A model generated the notes under the pieces. The model searched no databases, was not told the DNA's origin, and was given only the letters and a program-made list of their open reading frames with translations. Below, in pieces: positions 18,924 to 28,809 of a DNA stretch of 32,000 nt. The stretch is taken from the sequence record OZ374592.1; one strand, written 5' to 3'. Every line of letters starts with the position of its first letter. Positions within the stretch are counted from its first letter, which is position 1. A program made the position numbers and the translations under genes.

Positions 18924-19170
18924 ACATGATCTATTATTGAGAAAAACACATCAATTAACTTAAAATATCTATGATAAAAATATAATTTTTACATATAATT
19001 ACAGTAAAATTTTCTTTAATACCTACAATTCTGGTATAAGTGATTTAGAAAAATTATTAGCCATATTATGAAGGTTGAAGATATCAAAATATATAATTAT
19101 CATAATAAATTTGATATCAATAACTCTCAAGAAGTAAAAATATTAAAAGTTTAATAATAATTATATTGAT

Positions 19171-20646
19171 TTATATTAAAGCTGACGCTAATCTTACCTT
19201 TCCTGATTTAGCCCATTGCTGTAATGAAGAAATAGTAGACTGATCTGTAAAAGCAAGAGGAATAAATTCATTAATAACTTCAATCATATCATCTGTAGTA
19301 AAATCCCGTTTTTCATAAAAAGCATTATGCATAGCTTCAATAATAGTTTGCTCTATCTCAGCCCCAGAAAAATCTTGAGCTAATTGACTTAAATATGATA
19401 TATTATATTGTTTCCATGTTAATGGCCTGATTTTCATTAAATGTATCTGAAATATCTTACATCTTTCATTATAATTTGGCAAATCTAAAAAAAATATTTC
19501 ATCAAAGCGACCTTTTCTTAACATTTCTGACGGTAAAGACAAAACATTATTAGCTGTGGCAACAACAAATACTTGTTTTTTTTTCTCAGACAACCAAGTT
19601 AAAAATGAGCTTAAAACTCTATTTGTTGTACCGCTATCATTATTATTATTTATACGGCTAAATGCTTTATCTATTTCATCTATCCACAATATGCACGGAG
19701 CTAATTCTTCAGCAACTTTAATAACTTTCCTCATTTTACTTTCAGATTCGCCAACAATACCTCCAAAAATTTTACCTACATCTAATCTAAGTAAAGGCAT
19801 TTTCCATTGTTGAGAGATAGCTTTTGCACTTAATGACTTACCTGTTCCTTGAATACCCACTAACATAATACCTCTAGGAGAAGGTACACCATAATTCTGT
19901 GCTTGCTTAGAAAAAGAATTTGATCTTTTTTTTAACCAACTTTTTAAATTAGACAAACCACCTATATCCTCTAAACTACTAGTCATTGGATAAAAATTTA
20001 ATATATCCGTTTGCTGAATAAATTGCTTTTTTTCTTCAGCTATAATTTTAACAATAGCATCTATAGATTGCTGAGATAAAATCCACTTTGCAATAGATCT
20101 TCTAATAAGATCCATAGACATACCTTTATAAACTAATGCTAAATTCTCTATATCAATTTCTGAATCTATACTTACTAAACTAAATAAACGTTCCAATTCT
20201 ATTCTAATTTCTTGCAAACTTGGCAATGGAAAATCTAAAATAACGATTAATTCTTTTAATAATTGAGGTATTTGAATATCAGAAGAAGTAATAATTATAT
20301 GTATATCTGAATTTTTAATTTTTATAAACAAATTTTTCATTTTACGAATAATACTAACATCATTCATAAATAAATGAAAATCTTTCAATATAAAAATCTT
20401 AGATTTTATAGAATCTACATTTTCAATCAATTCTAAAGCAGCTAATGGATTTCTAATAGCTTGAGCATTAAAATTTGGATTATTTTGATAACCATCAATA
20501 AAATTCCATGAATAAATTGCACTTGGATATTTCTTTTCAGTTATTTTTTTTATACTATATTCTAGTCTTTCTTCTTCATTGGTAATAATATAAATAAATA
20601 AATGACGTGATAACAATAATAAGATTAATTCTTTTTCAAAACACAT
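19171..20646 (-). CDS. ycf46: AAA+ ATPase ycf46
   Basis: 491 aa with PRGIMLVGIQGTGKSL (Walker A), CILWIDEIDK (Walker B) and VVATANN...RKGRFDEIFFLDLP. Size and architecture fit ycf46. Confidence 0.85.
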   Translation of the reverse strand: MCFEKELILLLLSRHLFIYIITNEEERLEYSIKKITEKKYPSAIYSWNFIDGYQNNPNFNAQAIRNPLAALELIENVDSIKSKIFILKDFHLFMNDVSIIRKMKNLFIKIKNSDIHIIITSSDIQIPQLLKELIVILDFPLPSLQEIRIELERLFSLVSIDSEIDIENLALVYKGMSMDLIRRSIAKWILSQQSIDAIVKIIAEEKKQFIQQTDILNFYPMTSSLEDIGGLSNLKSWLKKRSNSFSKQAQNYGVPSPRGIMLVGIQGTGKSLSAKAISQQWKMPLLRLDVGKIFGGIVGESESKMRKVIKVAEELAPCILWIDEIDKAFSRINNNNDSGTTNRVLSSFLTWLSEKKKQVFVVATANNVLSLPSEMLRKGRFDEIFFLDLPNYNERCKIFQIHLMKIRPLTWKQYNISYLSQLAQDFSGAEIEQTIIEAMHNAFYEKRDFTTDDMIEVINEFIPLAFTDQSTISSLQQWAKSGKVRLASALI

Positions 20647-20737
20647 AATAATTTTTTTAAAGTATATAATACTTTTTATTTATAATCTTATTATATACTT
20701 AAAATAATATTGAAATTTTATGCATATGCAATTTAAT

Positions 20738-20875
20738 TTACAAACCTATTTTTTTCCTACCTTTTCTACGCTTTAAATTTATAATTCTTTTACCACTTAC
20801 AGTTTTCATACGAGCCCGGAAACCTGATTTACGTCTTTTTTTACGATTAGTACCTTGTAAAGTGCCTTTAGTCAT
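20738..20875 (-). CDS. rpl34: 50S ribosomal protein L34
   Basis: Hand translation gives [45 protein letters not shown] (45 aa). Confidence 0.9.
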   Translation of the reverse strand: MTKGTLQGTNRKKRRKSGFRARMKTVSGKRIINLKRRKGRKKIGL

Positions 20876-20922
20876 TGTATTATTTATAGAGATTATTAAT
20901 ATTTTCTTTTTATGATAACATA

Positions 20923-21435
20923 ATGCTCACAATATATTTAATCTGCTTAATATCTTTTTTAATACCTATTTGCATCATAATTTCTATTGAAATCTATAAA
21001 ATATACAACAACTATAATATATTGTTTAAATATAATAAAGCTGGAGTCAATCATTCTTTAAATCTTAATAGTTTATTGAATATAGCAGAAATTTATATTA
21101 AGCAAAAAAAATGGCTTGCATGCATATTAATATTAGAATCTAATTTTCGACAAAACAAAGAGTACATCTATCTATATTATAATTGTATGGGTTTTTGCTA
21201 TTATAATCTCAATTTATATAATTTAGCAGAATACTATTATTCTCAAGCTATAAAAAATAATAATCAAGATATTGACTCATTATTGAATATAGCTACAATA
21301 TACAAATTGAATAACAATAAACAAGGCGCAATGAAAATATATAAACAAATACTGGAAATAGACCATAATGATATCAATGCAAAGAGAGAAATGTCATTAT
21401 TGAAAAACAAAAGTAATCGGGATAGCAGGATTTGA
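20923..21435 (+). CDS. ycf37: TPR-repeat protein ycf37 (PSI-associated assembly or stability factor family)
   Basis: 170 aa. It has an N-terminal TM helix followed by TPR-like repeats ([52 protein letters not shown]). The last 19 nt overlap trnP on the opposite strand. Confidence 0.7.
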   Translation: MLTIYLICLISFLIPICIIISIEIYKIYNNYNILFKYNKAGVNHSLNLNSLLNIAEIYIKQKKWLACILILESNFRQNKEYIYLYYNCMGFCYYNLNLYNLAEYYYSQAIKNNNQDIDSLLNIATIYKLNNNKQGAMKIYKQILEIDHNDINAKREMSLLKNKSNRDSRI

Positions 21436-21490
21436 ACCTGCGACATCCTGCTCCCAAAGCAGGCGCGCTACCAAACTGCGCTATATCCCG
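21417..21490 (-). tRNA. trnP: tRNA-Pro (UGG)
   Basis: The reverse complement folds as CGGGATA-TA-GCGC-AGTTTGGTA-GCGC-G-CCTGC-TTTGGGA-GCAGG-ATGTC-GCAGG-TTCAAAT-CCTGC-TATCCCG-A. Confidence 0.9.
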
Positions 21491-21548
21491 GATAACTTGA
21501 TCCTAATATATTATTACATAATTGTCTAGTAAAAATTAAAAAGATGCA

Positions 21549-22097
21549 TTAACGGGGGTACCAAAACATTCCTTTTACACCATCAGGATCAGTCATAAAA
21601 CCAATATTTCGATAAAAACTGACAACTTGTGGATCAGCAAATAATGTAATAGTACTAATGTCGGCATATCTTAGTTGAATTATTATTTGATCCATTAAAG
21701 TCTTTCCTAGACCTTTTCCTTGAAAATCAGGATGTATCACTACATCCCAAATTGTTGCATTAAATACTGTATCAGATGTAGCACGTGCAAAACCAATAAG
21801 CCTTTTACTGTTTTTATTTTTATGAAATAAACAAACAGTAATAAAACTATGATCTATTGCTGTTTTTACTTTCTTTAAAGGCCTACGAACCCAACCAACT
21901 GAATCACATAACTGTTCTAATTCATATAAATTAATGTTTTTTCCTTTACTTATATAAATATCAGATATTTGACCTTTATTATTTCTATTTTTAATAAGTA
22001 AAAGATCCTCAGATTTAGATACTGTATCTGTATTATTGGTATTATTATACCGATTAACCATACTGGTATTTTTAAAAAATTTTTTCCAAAAAGCCAT
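21549..22097 (-). CDS. ycf52: GNAT-family N-acetyltransferase ycf52
   Basis: 182 aa with GNAT motif A, VVIHPDFQGKGLGKTLMDQII, plus the downstream FYRNIGF block. Confidence 0.8.
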   Translation of the reverse strand: MAFWKKFFKNTSMVNRYNNTNNTDTVSKSEDLLLIKNRNNKGQISDIYISKGKNINLYELEQLCDSVGWVRRPLKKVKTAIDHSFITVCLFHKNKNSKRLIGFARATSDTVFNATIWDVVIHPDFQGKGLGKTLMDQIIIQLRYADISTITLFADPQVVSFYRNIGFMTDPDGVKGMFWYPR

Positions 22098-22296
22098 ATC
22101 AATGTATTAATAATATGTAATATTGCAAGACTTTACGAATATATAGTATTTTTCCTATTTTCAACAAATGTTACTATATATACAAAAAAACTAAACTATC
22201 TATTATTGTTTAATAATATATCTAATTATAAAATCTTAGTTAGTATGTAACTGTTTGTTATATTAAAAATTATTGCTTATTTAAGGAGAATATATT

Positions 22297-22854
22297 GTGA
22301 AAAAAATATTAATATTCTTATGTATCACATTACTATGCATATCTAATAATCCATCAAACTCACTCGCTGATATTGCAGGACTAATGCCATGCAAAGACTC
22401 AAAAGTATTTGCAAAGAGATTAAAAAATAGTGTTTCAAAATTAGAAAATCGCCTTAATAAATATGATGCATCAACGCCTCCTGCATTAGCATTAGAAAAA
22501 CAAATTGAAAAAACTAAAATTAGATTTAACAAATACAGTCAATCTGGCGTACTGTGTGGAAAAGATGGCTTACCACATTTAATTGCTGATGGAAGATGGA
22601 ATCATGCAGGTGAGTTTATGTTCCCTGGTATCTTATTTATATATATCACAGGATGGATTGGATGGGTAGGTAGAGGATATCTACAATGTATTTCAACTAC
22701 AAAAAAACCTACAGAAAAAGAAATAATAATTGATGTTCCACTAGCTCTGAAATTTTCTTTATCAGGGTTTACATGGCCATTAGCCGCTATTCAAGAATTT
22801 ACAAGTGGTAAACTTTTAGCCAATAATAATGATATAACTGTATCACCACGTTAA
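22297..22854 (+). CDS. psaF: Photosystem I subunit III
   Basis: 185 aa with a signal peptide, then [31 protein letters not shown] and [11 protein letters not shown]. The start is GTG, with AAGGAG at 22283-22288. Confidence 0.9.
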   Translation: MKKILIFLCITLLCISNNPSNSLADIAGLMPCKDSKVFAKRLKNSVSKLENRLNKYDASTPPALALEKQIEKTKIRFNKYSQSGVLCGKDGLPHLIADGRWNHAGEFMFPGILFIYITGWIGWVGRGYLQCISTTKKPTEKEIIIDVPLALKFSLSGFTWPLAAIQEFTSGKLLANNNDITVSPR

Positions 22855-22890
22855 TTTATTAATAAACTTTAAACAGAAAAGGAAGAAAAA

Positions 22891-23019
22891 ATGGATAAAA
22901 ACTTAATGACATATTTGTCAACCATTCCTGTTGTAGGAGCTATTTGGATAACTTTTACAGCTGGCTTTATTATAGAAATTAATCGCTTTTTTCCCGATAT
23001 TTTATTTTTTTCTCTATAA
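22891..23019 (+). CDS. psaJ: Photosystem I subunit IX
   Basis: Hand translation gives [42 protein letters not shown] (42 aa). Confidence 0.9.
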   Translation: MDKNLMTYLSTIPVVGAIWITFTAGFIIEINRFFPDILFFSL

Positions 23020-23071
23020 CAATTATAAATTACATATATTCAAATAATATATGCTTTATTTGTTAAATAAC

Positions 23072-23104
23072 AACAAGCTATACATAATGTAAGCTTGTTT
23101 TTTT
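23072..23104 (+). terminator. Intrinsic-terminator-like hairpin plus T-run after psaJ
   Basis: aacaagct (23072-23079) pairs with agcttgtt (23092-23099). A run of seven T (23098-23104) starts inside the 3' arm and extends five T (23100-23104) beyond the stem. Confidence 0.5.
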
Positions 23105-23161
23105 ATGAATCAAAAACTTTTTTTGTTAGAATAGATATTATTAATAAAAAAACAAATAAAA

Positions 23162-23650
23162 ATGAGTTTAGTTAGCCAAATTATTATAAATGCAGATAAC
23201 GAGCTAAGATACCCCAGCATAGGAGAATTGCAATCTATACAGGATTATTTGAAAACTGGAGAAAAAAGAATTAATATTAGCTGTACTTTACGTGATAAAG
23301 AACAAGAAATTGTTCAACAAGCCAGTAAAGCAATTTTCCAAATTCACCCTGAATACATTGCTCCAGGTGGTAATGCGGAAGGTGCAAGAAGACGTTCCTT
23401 ATGCCTTCGTGACTATGGATGGTATCTCAGACTTATTACATATGGTATCCTAGCAGGTGATAAATCATCTATTGAGAAAATAGGTATAATAGGAGTTCGT
23501 GAAATGTATAATTCTCTAGGTGTACCTATTCTAGGAATGATAGATGCAATAGAATGCTTAAAAAAAGCAGCCATTGAGGTTTTGAAAAAAGATGATCAAA
23601 ATATCGTTGCACCATATTTTGATTTTATTATACAAGGAATGTCACAATAA
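23162..23650 (+). CDS. apcD: Allophycocyanin alpha-B chain
   Basis: 162 aa starting [23 protein letters not shown]. The [20 protein letters not shown] stretch has the Trp typical of ApcD rather than Apc[17 protein letters not shown] is also present. Confidence 0.9.
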   Translation: MSLVSQIIINADNELRYPSIGELQSIQDYLKTGEKRINISCTLRDKEQEIVQQASKAIFQIHPEYIAPGGNAEGARRRSLCLRDYGWYLRLITYGILAGDKSSIEKIGIIGVREMYNSLGVPILGMIDAIECLKKAAIEVLKKDDQNIVAPYFDFIIQGMSQ

Positions 23651-23714
23651 AAATTAACCAGAACTATTTATAATAGTTGCTTAGTAATAGATGTAATGTT
23701 ATAATAAGGACATA

Positions 23715-23803
23715 CTCGGAAGATTACAAATGTTATAGCTGAAATTTGTCAGGACTGGAAAGTAGCAGCAATTAAGCTAAATTACAAAGGTATATTTTCC
23801 GGG
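23715..23803 (+). ncRNA. ffs: Plastid signal recognition particle RNA (4.5S-like); core hairpin only, true ends may extend a few nt
   Basis: The apex GTCAGGACT-GGAA-AGTAGCAGC (23748-23769) matches the universally conserved SRP RNA domain IV, compared with E. coli GUCAGGUCC-GGAA-GGAAGCAGC. The flanks fold by hand into one long helix. The pairs are 23715-23721 with 23797-23803, 23737-23740 with 23775-23778, and 23743-23746 with 23770-23773. A weak AT hairpin plus T-run follows at 23833-23856. Confidence 0.7.
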
Positions 23804-23974
23804 TTTTGCTATTTTGTGAAATTAGATAATGTATATTAAAAGCTTTAATATTTTTTAAATTACGAATCTATATTTTACTAATACCTTAGAATTATAATGA
23901 AAATTTTCGCTGCCTATTTTAATATTTAATTAATAATATTAATTTTTATCCTTCAACTGAAATATGAAAGTGAC

Positions 23975-24991
23975 ATGGTATCATCAATTATGCAAGGAAC
24001 CCGTATCCTTGCCACAGGCTCTGCAGTTCCAAATTTAAATCTAGACAATCATAATTTAAGTCAAATAGTTGAAACCTCAGACGAATGGATAGTCAGTCGT
24101 ACTGGGATCAAAGAAAGAAGAATATTAACAGGAAATGAAGAGTCTATAATTGATCTAGCTTCTTTAGCTTCAATAAGGGCACTAAAAAAAGTATCCATGA
24201 ATGCTCTGGACATTGAATTAATAATATTAGCTACCTCTAGTCCAAACGATCTTTTCGGAAGTGCAAGCCAACTACAAGCATCAATTGGTGCAAACAATGC
24301 TGTTGCATTTGATTTAACTGCTGCTTGTTCAGGTTTTGTGTTAGGAATTATAACTGCAACTCAATTTATCCAAAATGGAAGCTACAAAACAATATTAGTA
24401 GTAGGTGCTGATGTTTTATCTAAATGGACAGATTGGTCCGATCGTAGTACCTGTATTTTATTTGGTGATGCTGCTGGAGCAGCTATATTGCAAAAATGCT
24501 CAACCAATGATAATTGTATATTAGGATTTAAATTAAATACTAATGGAAATAAATATAAACAATTGTCTATACCTTATAAACATAATAATTATAAAATTCA
24601 CCTCAAAGATTCTTCAGAGATATTTCAAGGATCTTTCTCTAATATCATTATGAATGGTAAAGAAGTATATAAATTTGCTGTTTCTCAAGTTCCTATCAAT
24701 ATATTAGAATGCCTCAACTCAATTAATCTGTCTACAGAAGACATAGACTGGTTATTATTACACCAAGCAAATGAAAGAATACTTAATGCTGTTGCAAATA
24801 AACTATCCATCAATTCCAATAAATTAATTTCTAATCTCAGCAAATACGGTAATACATCAGCGGCATCGATACCACTGGCATTAGATGAAGCCTTAACACA
24901 AAAAAATATAAAAAATAATGACATTATAGTTATTTCGGGTTTTGGCGCTGGCTTAACATGGGGTACAGTAATAATTAAATGGAAATGTTAA
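23975..24991 (+). CDS. fabH: 3-oxoacyl-ACP synthase III
   Basis: 338 aa with [22 protein letters not shown] (active-site Cys), HQANERI and GNTSAASIP. The start could instead be the second ATG at 23990. Confidence 0.9.
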   Translation: MVSSIMQGTRILATGSAVPNLNLDNHNLSQIVETSDEWIVSRTGIKERRILTGNEESIIDLASLASIRALKKVSMNALDIELIILATSSPNDLFGSASQLQASIGANNAVAFDLTAACSGFVLGIITATQFIQNGSYKTILVVGADVLSKWTDWSDRSTCILFGDAAGAAILQKCSTNDNCILGFKLNTNGNKYKQLSIPYKHNNYKIHLKDSSEIFQGSFSNIIMNGKEVYKFAVSQVPINILECLNSINLSTEDIDWLLLHQANERILNAVANKLSINSNKLISNLSKYGNTSAASIPLALDEALTQKNIKNNDIIVISGFGAGLTWGTVIIKWKC

Positions 24992-25155
24992 TAGTTAATA
25001 AAAATCAAACAAAGATAATGCAATATAATATATATATTAAAATAATAAATAAGATCATCATAAAAAAATAAAAAATAAACTATATTTCATTTTACTTATT
25101 TATTACTTGAATTAGTATATTAATCTTTACAATAACAATACAAGGACTATTAAAT

Positions 25156-25275
25156 ATGACTTCATCCTTATCAAGTTTTTTAAACAGCTTAATTTTAGGC
25201 GCTTTAATTGTTGTAGTACCTATTACATTAGCATTACTATTTGTTAGCCAGAAAGATAAAACATTAAGAAATTAA
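25156..25275 (+). CDS. psbX: Photosystem II protein X
   Basis: Hand translation gives [39 protein letters not shown] (39 aa). Confidence 0.85.
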   Translation: MTSSLSSFLNSLILGALIVVVPITLALLFVSQKDKTLRN

Positions 25276-25296
25276 CTATAATTAGTAAACAAACAT

Positions 25297-25349
25297 GGGA
25301 AAACAGATGAATCAATAAAAAATAAATATTTTGATTTCTCTGTTATCTC
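25297..25349 (+). terminator. Imperfect long hairpin followed by a T-run after psbX
   Basis: gggaaaacagatgaatcaa (25297-25315) pairs with ttgatttctctgttatctc (25331-25349). 15 of 19 positions pair. The sequence ttttttattt follows. Confidence 0.35.
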
Positions 25350-25409
25350 TTTTTTATTTATACAACCTAATATACAAATTAATACAATTGATTTAAATAT
25401 TAAACTATT

Positions 25410-26294
25410 ATGTCTTTATCTGAATGGTTAAATACAAAGCGCAATACAAACCTGAAGCACAATATAAAAGAAGCAAACCTGAAGGTACCAGAAGGTCTAT
25501 GGATTAAATGTGATAAATGTGGCTTACTTATGTATTATAAAACTTTAAATAAAAATAAAAAAGTATGTCCACAATGCAAGCATCATTTTCCTACATCTAG
25601 TTATGACAGAATAGAACAAATACTTGATACAAATAGCTGGAAACCCCTTAATAATAATTTAGCATCTACAGATCCTTTAGGTTTTTGTGACCAAAAATTA
25701 TATGGCAAACGATTAAAAGACATGAAAATCAAAACCGGTTTGTCTGATGCCGTGCAAACTGGAATTGGAACTATCCATAATATACCTATCGCCCTTGGTA
25801 TTATGGATTTTCGATTCATGGGAGGAAGTATGGGCTCAGTTGTAGGAGAAAAATTAACTCGATTAATTGAAAGTGCAACAGAATTACGTATACCTGTTAT
25901 TATCTTATGCGCATCTGGCGGCGCTAGAATGCAAGAGGGTATGCTTAGTTTGATGCAAATGGCTAAAATATCTTCAGCATTACATAAGCATCAACAAGAA
26001 AGACTTTTATACTTACCTATTTTAACTTCACCTACAACAGGTGGAGTTACAGCTAGTTTTGCTATGCTAGGGGACCTGATTATAGCTGAGCCAAAAGCTC
26101 TTATAGCATTTGCTGGGAGACGGGTAATTGAACAAACTATTAGAGAAGATTTACCAGAAAACTTTCAGACATCAGAATATCTCTTTGAACACGGATTTAT
26201 AGATCTTATTATACCCAGAACAGAATTAAGATCTAAACTTTATCAAATACTATGTTTCTACTGTCATCCCAAGACGTATATTTCTCCATTGTAA
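25410..26294 (+). CDS. accD: Acetyl-CoA carboxylase carboxyltransferase beta subunit
   Basis: 294 aa with the zinc ribbon [26 protein letters not shown] and the carboxyltransferase core [17 protein letters not shown]. Confidence 0.9.
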   Translation: MSLSEWLNTKRNTNLKHNIKEANLKVPEGLWIKCDKCGLLMYYKTLNKNKKVCPQCKHHFPTSSYDRIEQILDTNSWKPLNNNLASTDPLGFCDQKLYGKRLKDMKIKTGLSDAVQTGIGTIHNIPIALGIMDFRFMGGSMGSVVGEKLTRLIESATELRIPVIILCASGGARMQEGMLSLMQMAKISSALHKHQQERLLYLPILTSPTTGGVTASFAMLGDLIIAEPKALIAFAGRRVIEQTIREDLPENFQTSEYLFEHGFIDLIIPRTELRSKLYQILCFYCHPKTYISPL

Positions 26295-26542
26295 TTCTTG
26301 ATCAATCTTATATATTAAGAAAATTTGAATAAAGATATTTGCTTGAAAAGTCGAACTACAATAATGATAATGCAATATGTAGTTTCAACTATTATAAATA
26401 TCTACATTTATTTATTAATATATAACAAAAAGATAAAACAATAACGTTTTATTATAAATTATATATTTAAGTTATATACAATTTTTCATGTATTCACTAA
26501 ATATTATTAAATAACTAAACAAAAATATATTAGGTAATAATT

Positions 26543-27034
26543 ATGCTAACAAAAAATATATGGCGATTTTGTGCCTCAACTATTCTCTTATGCGGAATAT
26601 GTATAAATAATGTATATGCAATAGAATTAGATGAGAATACAAGAACAGTGACATTAGAAGAATCTGGTAAAACTGTGACATTAACTACCGAACAAGTAAA
26701 AAGAGGTAAAAGGTTATTTAATAACACATGCGCACAATGTCATAATGGTGGAATCACTAAAACAAATCCCAATATTGGCCTGGAAACAGAATCTTTAAGT
26801 TTAGCTACACCACCTAGAGACAATCTGAATAGCTTAATAGATTATATGAAAGACCCTACTAGCTATGATGGTGCTACTTCTATATCAGAATTGCATCCTA
26901 GTATTAAAAGTGCAGAAATTTTTCCTAAAATGCGCAACTTAACTGATGAAGACCTATTTGCAATTGCTGGACACATATTGATGCAACCTAAAATTGCGTC
27001 TGAAAAATGGGGAGGAGGCAAAATTTATTACTAA
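26543..27034 (+). CDS. psbV: Cytochrome c-550 (PsbV)
   Basis: 163 aa with a signal peptide, the heme motif CAQCH, and the C-terminal GGGKIYY. Confidence 0.9.
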   Translation: MLTKNIWRFCASTILLCGICINNVYAIELDENTRTVTLEESGKTVTLTTEQVKRGKRLFNNTCAQCHNGGITKTNPNIGLETESLSLATPPRDNLNSLIDYMKDPTSYDGATSISELHPSIKSAEIFPKMRNLTDEDLFAIAGHILMQPKIASEKWGGGKIYY

Positions 27035-27142
27035 TCATATAATATAATATCAAAACGAATAACAAAAGAAAGGTGTTTAGATACAAAAAAATCAAATATA
27101 ATATATATTAAAACTAAATATTCTATAGAGGCAAAACATTTT

Positions 27143-27469
27143 ATGAAATTTTTATCTACATTTTTAATGATTCTAAATATCATTTTTATAAGCACACAAT
27201 ATGTATCAGCTGCAGATTTAGAAGCAGGGGAAGAAATTTTTACAGCTAATTGTGCTGCTTGTCATGCAGGTGGAAATAATTTACTTGTTGGAGAAAAAAC
27301 TTTAAAACAAGATATTTTAAAAAACAATGACATGAATAGTGTGTCAGCAATTACTAACCAAGTAAAAAATGGAAAAAATGCAATGCCAGCATTTGGTGGT
27401 AGATTAGCTGATGAAGATATAGATAATGTAGCAAATTATGTTTTAGACCAAGCTGAAAAAGGATGGTAA
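27143..27469 (+). CDS. petJ: Cytochrome c6 (c-553)
   Basis: 108 aa with a signal peptide ending SAADLEAGEEIFTANCAACHAGGNN, plus GKNAMPAFGGRL. Confidence 0.9.
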   Translation: MKFLSTFLMILNIIFISTQYVSAADLEAGEEIFTANCAACHAGGNNLLVGEKTLKQDILKNNDMNSVSAITNQVKNGKNAMPAFGGRLADEDIDNVANYVLDQAEKGW

Positions 27470-27520
27470 TTGACTAATTTCATATTTTATACATCATTCA
27501 TTATTTGAAAAAGTGTAAAA

Positions 27521-27560
27521 AGATTAATAGATAGTTATGAATATACTATCTGTTTAATCT
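27521..27560 (+). terminator. Stem-loop downstream of petJ
   Basis: agattaatagatag (27521-27534) pairs with ctatctgtttaatct (27546-27560). This gives 14 bp with one bulge and one G-U pair. Confidence 0.4.
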
Positions 27561-27625
27561 TATTAATCTTAAATTAAATTTAATTTTCATTCTAAATTAT
27601 TGAAATAATTCTATCCTATACCACA

Positions 27626-28792
27626 ATGAATAATAAATACTATCCAGCAATTTTAATTTTGGAAGATGGGACTAAATATTATGGCTGGTCCTTTAAAGAC
27701 TCACTTATATCCCTGGGTGAAGTTGTATTTAATACAGGAATGACAGGATATCAGGAAATTATTACAGACCCTAGCTACTCAGGACAAATAATTTCTTTTA
27801 CTTATCCAGAAATTGGAAATACTGGTATTAATGATAGCGACAATGAATCTGCCAACATACATATAAAAGGTATAATAGCAAAAAACATATGTTACAATCC
27901 AAGTAGTTGGAGACATAGCATATCATTTCCAAAATACATACTAGATAATAATATCCCACATATTTTTGGTATTGATACTAGATCTCTAACAAAACACTTA
28001 AGATCTAAAGGTGTGATGAATGGATGCATCTCTAGTAAAATTTTTGATGAAAATACTATAATAGATATGATTAAAGCTATACCAGATATGGAAGGCTCTA
28101 ATTTAATTGGTGAAGTGACTACACAACGACCGTATACACTAAGTAGTCATAAAGATATGAAAAATGTTAATATAAATTATTCTCATTTAAATTACAAAAT
28201 AAACATTAATTCTGATAAACCACTTAAGATTACAGTATTAGATTTTGGCATAAAATATAATATATTATCTAGGCTAATTAATTATGGCTGCAAAATTAAT
28301 GTTTTACCAGCACACAGTACATATGAAACTATTCTATCTACAAATCCAGATGGTATCTTACTTTCTAATGGACCTGGTGACCCATCTGTAATGCTGAATG
28401 CAATATCTAATGTTAGAAATTTAACTGAATTAACAAATATACCAATATTTGGGATTTGCATGGGACACCAAATTTTAAGTTTGGCCCTAGGAGGCAAAAC
28501 TTTTAAACTTAAATTTGGACATAGAGGCATTAATCATCCTACGGGCCTAAATCAAAAAGCAGAAATTACCAGCCAAAATCATGGTTTTGCGGTTAATATT
28601 AATTCTTTATCTCAAGATAAATTAAAAATTACTCATTTAAATTTGAATGATTTAACTGTTGCAGGGCTTATACATAAAAATAAACCTTTATTCTCTGTTC
28701 AATATCATCCAGAAGCAAGTCCAGGACCACATGATTCAGATTATCTATTTAATCATTTTGTTAATTTAATTAAGCTAGTGAAAATTTCATAA
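27626..28792 (+). CDS. carA: Carbamoyl-phosphate synthase small (glutamine amidotransferase) subunit
   Basis: 388 aa with VFNTGMTGYQEIITDPSY, GICMGHQ (catalytic Cys) and VQYHPEASPGPHD. Confidence 0.9.
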   Translation: MNNKYYPAILILEDGTKYYGWSFKDSLISLGEVVFNTGMTGYQEIITDPSYSGQIISFTYPEIGNTGINDSDNESANIHIKGIIAKNICYNPSSWRHSISFPKYILDNNIPHIFGIDTRSLTKHLRSKGVMNGCISSKIFDENTIIDMIKAIPDMEGSNLIGEVTTQRPYTLSSHKDMKNVNINYSHLNYKININSDKPLKITVLDFGIKYNILSRLINYGCKINVLPAHSTYETILSTNPDGILLSNGPGDPSVMLNAISNVRNLTELTNIPIFGICMGHQILSLALGGKTFKLKFGHRGINHPTGLNQKAEITSQNHGFAVNINSLSQDKLKITHLNLNDLTVAGLIHKNKPLFSVQYHPEASPGPHDSDYLFNHFVNLIKLVKIS

Positions 28793-28809
28793 ATTTTTAT
28801 ATAATGAAA

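Noticed and set aside
19068-19154. 28-codon plus-strand ORF (MKVEDIKIYNYHNKFDINNSQEVKILKV) between orf113 and ycf46
   Set aside because: It resembles no known small plastid protein, is hydrophilic and low-complexity, and is too short to tell from chance.
19556-19813. 85-aa plus-strand ORF
   Set aside because: It is antisense to the AAA+ core of ycf46.
24061-24924. Two minus-strand ORFs (78 and 79 aa), plus similar antisense ORFs at 21264-21446, 22281-22532, 25601-25819, 26530-26727, 28282-28530 and 30898-31125
   Set aside because: Each lies inside a confidently identified gene on the other strand (fabH, ycf37, psaF, accD, psbV, carA, ycf54). None has a motif of its own.
26364-26444. 26-codon plus-strand ORF (MIMQYVVSTIINIYIYLLIYNKKIKQ) between accD and psbV
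   Set aside because: It overlaps a likely accD 3' hairpin region (aactaca/tgtagtt). I know no family match, and it is too short.
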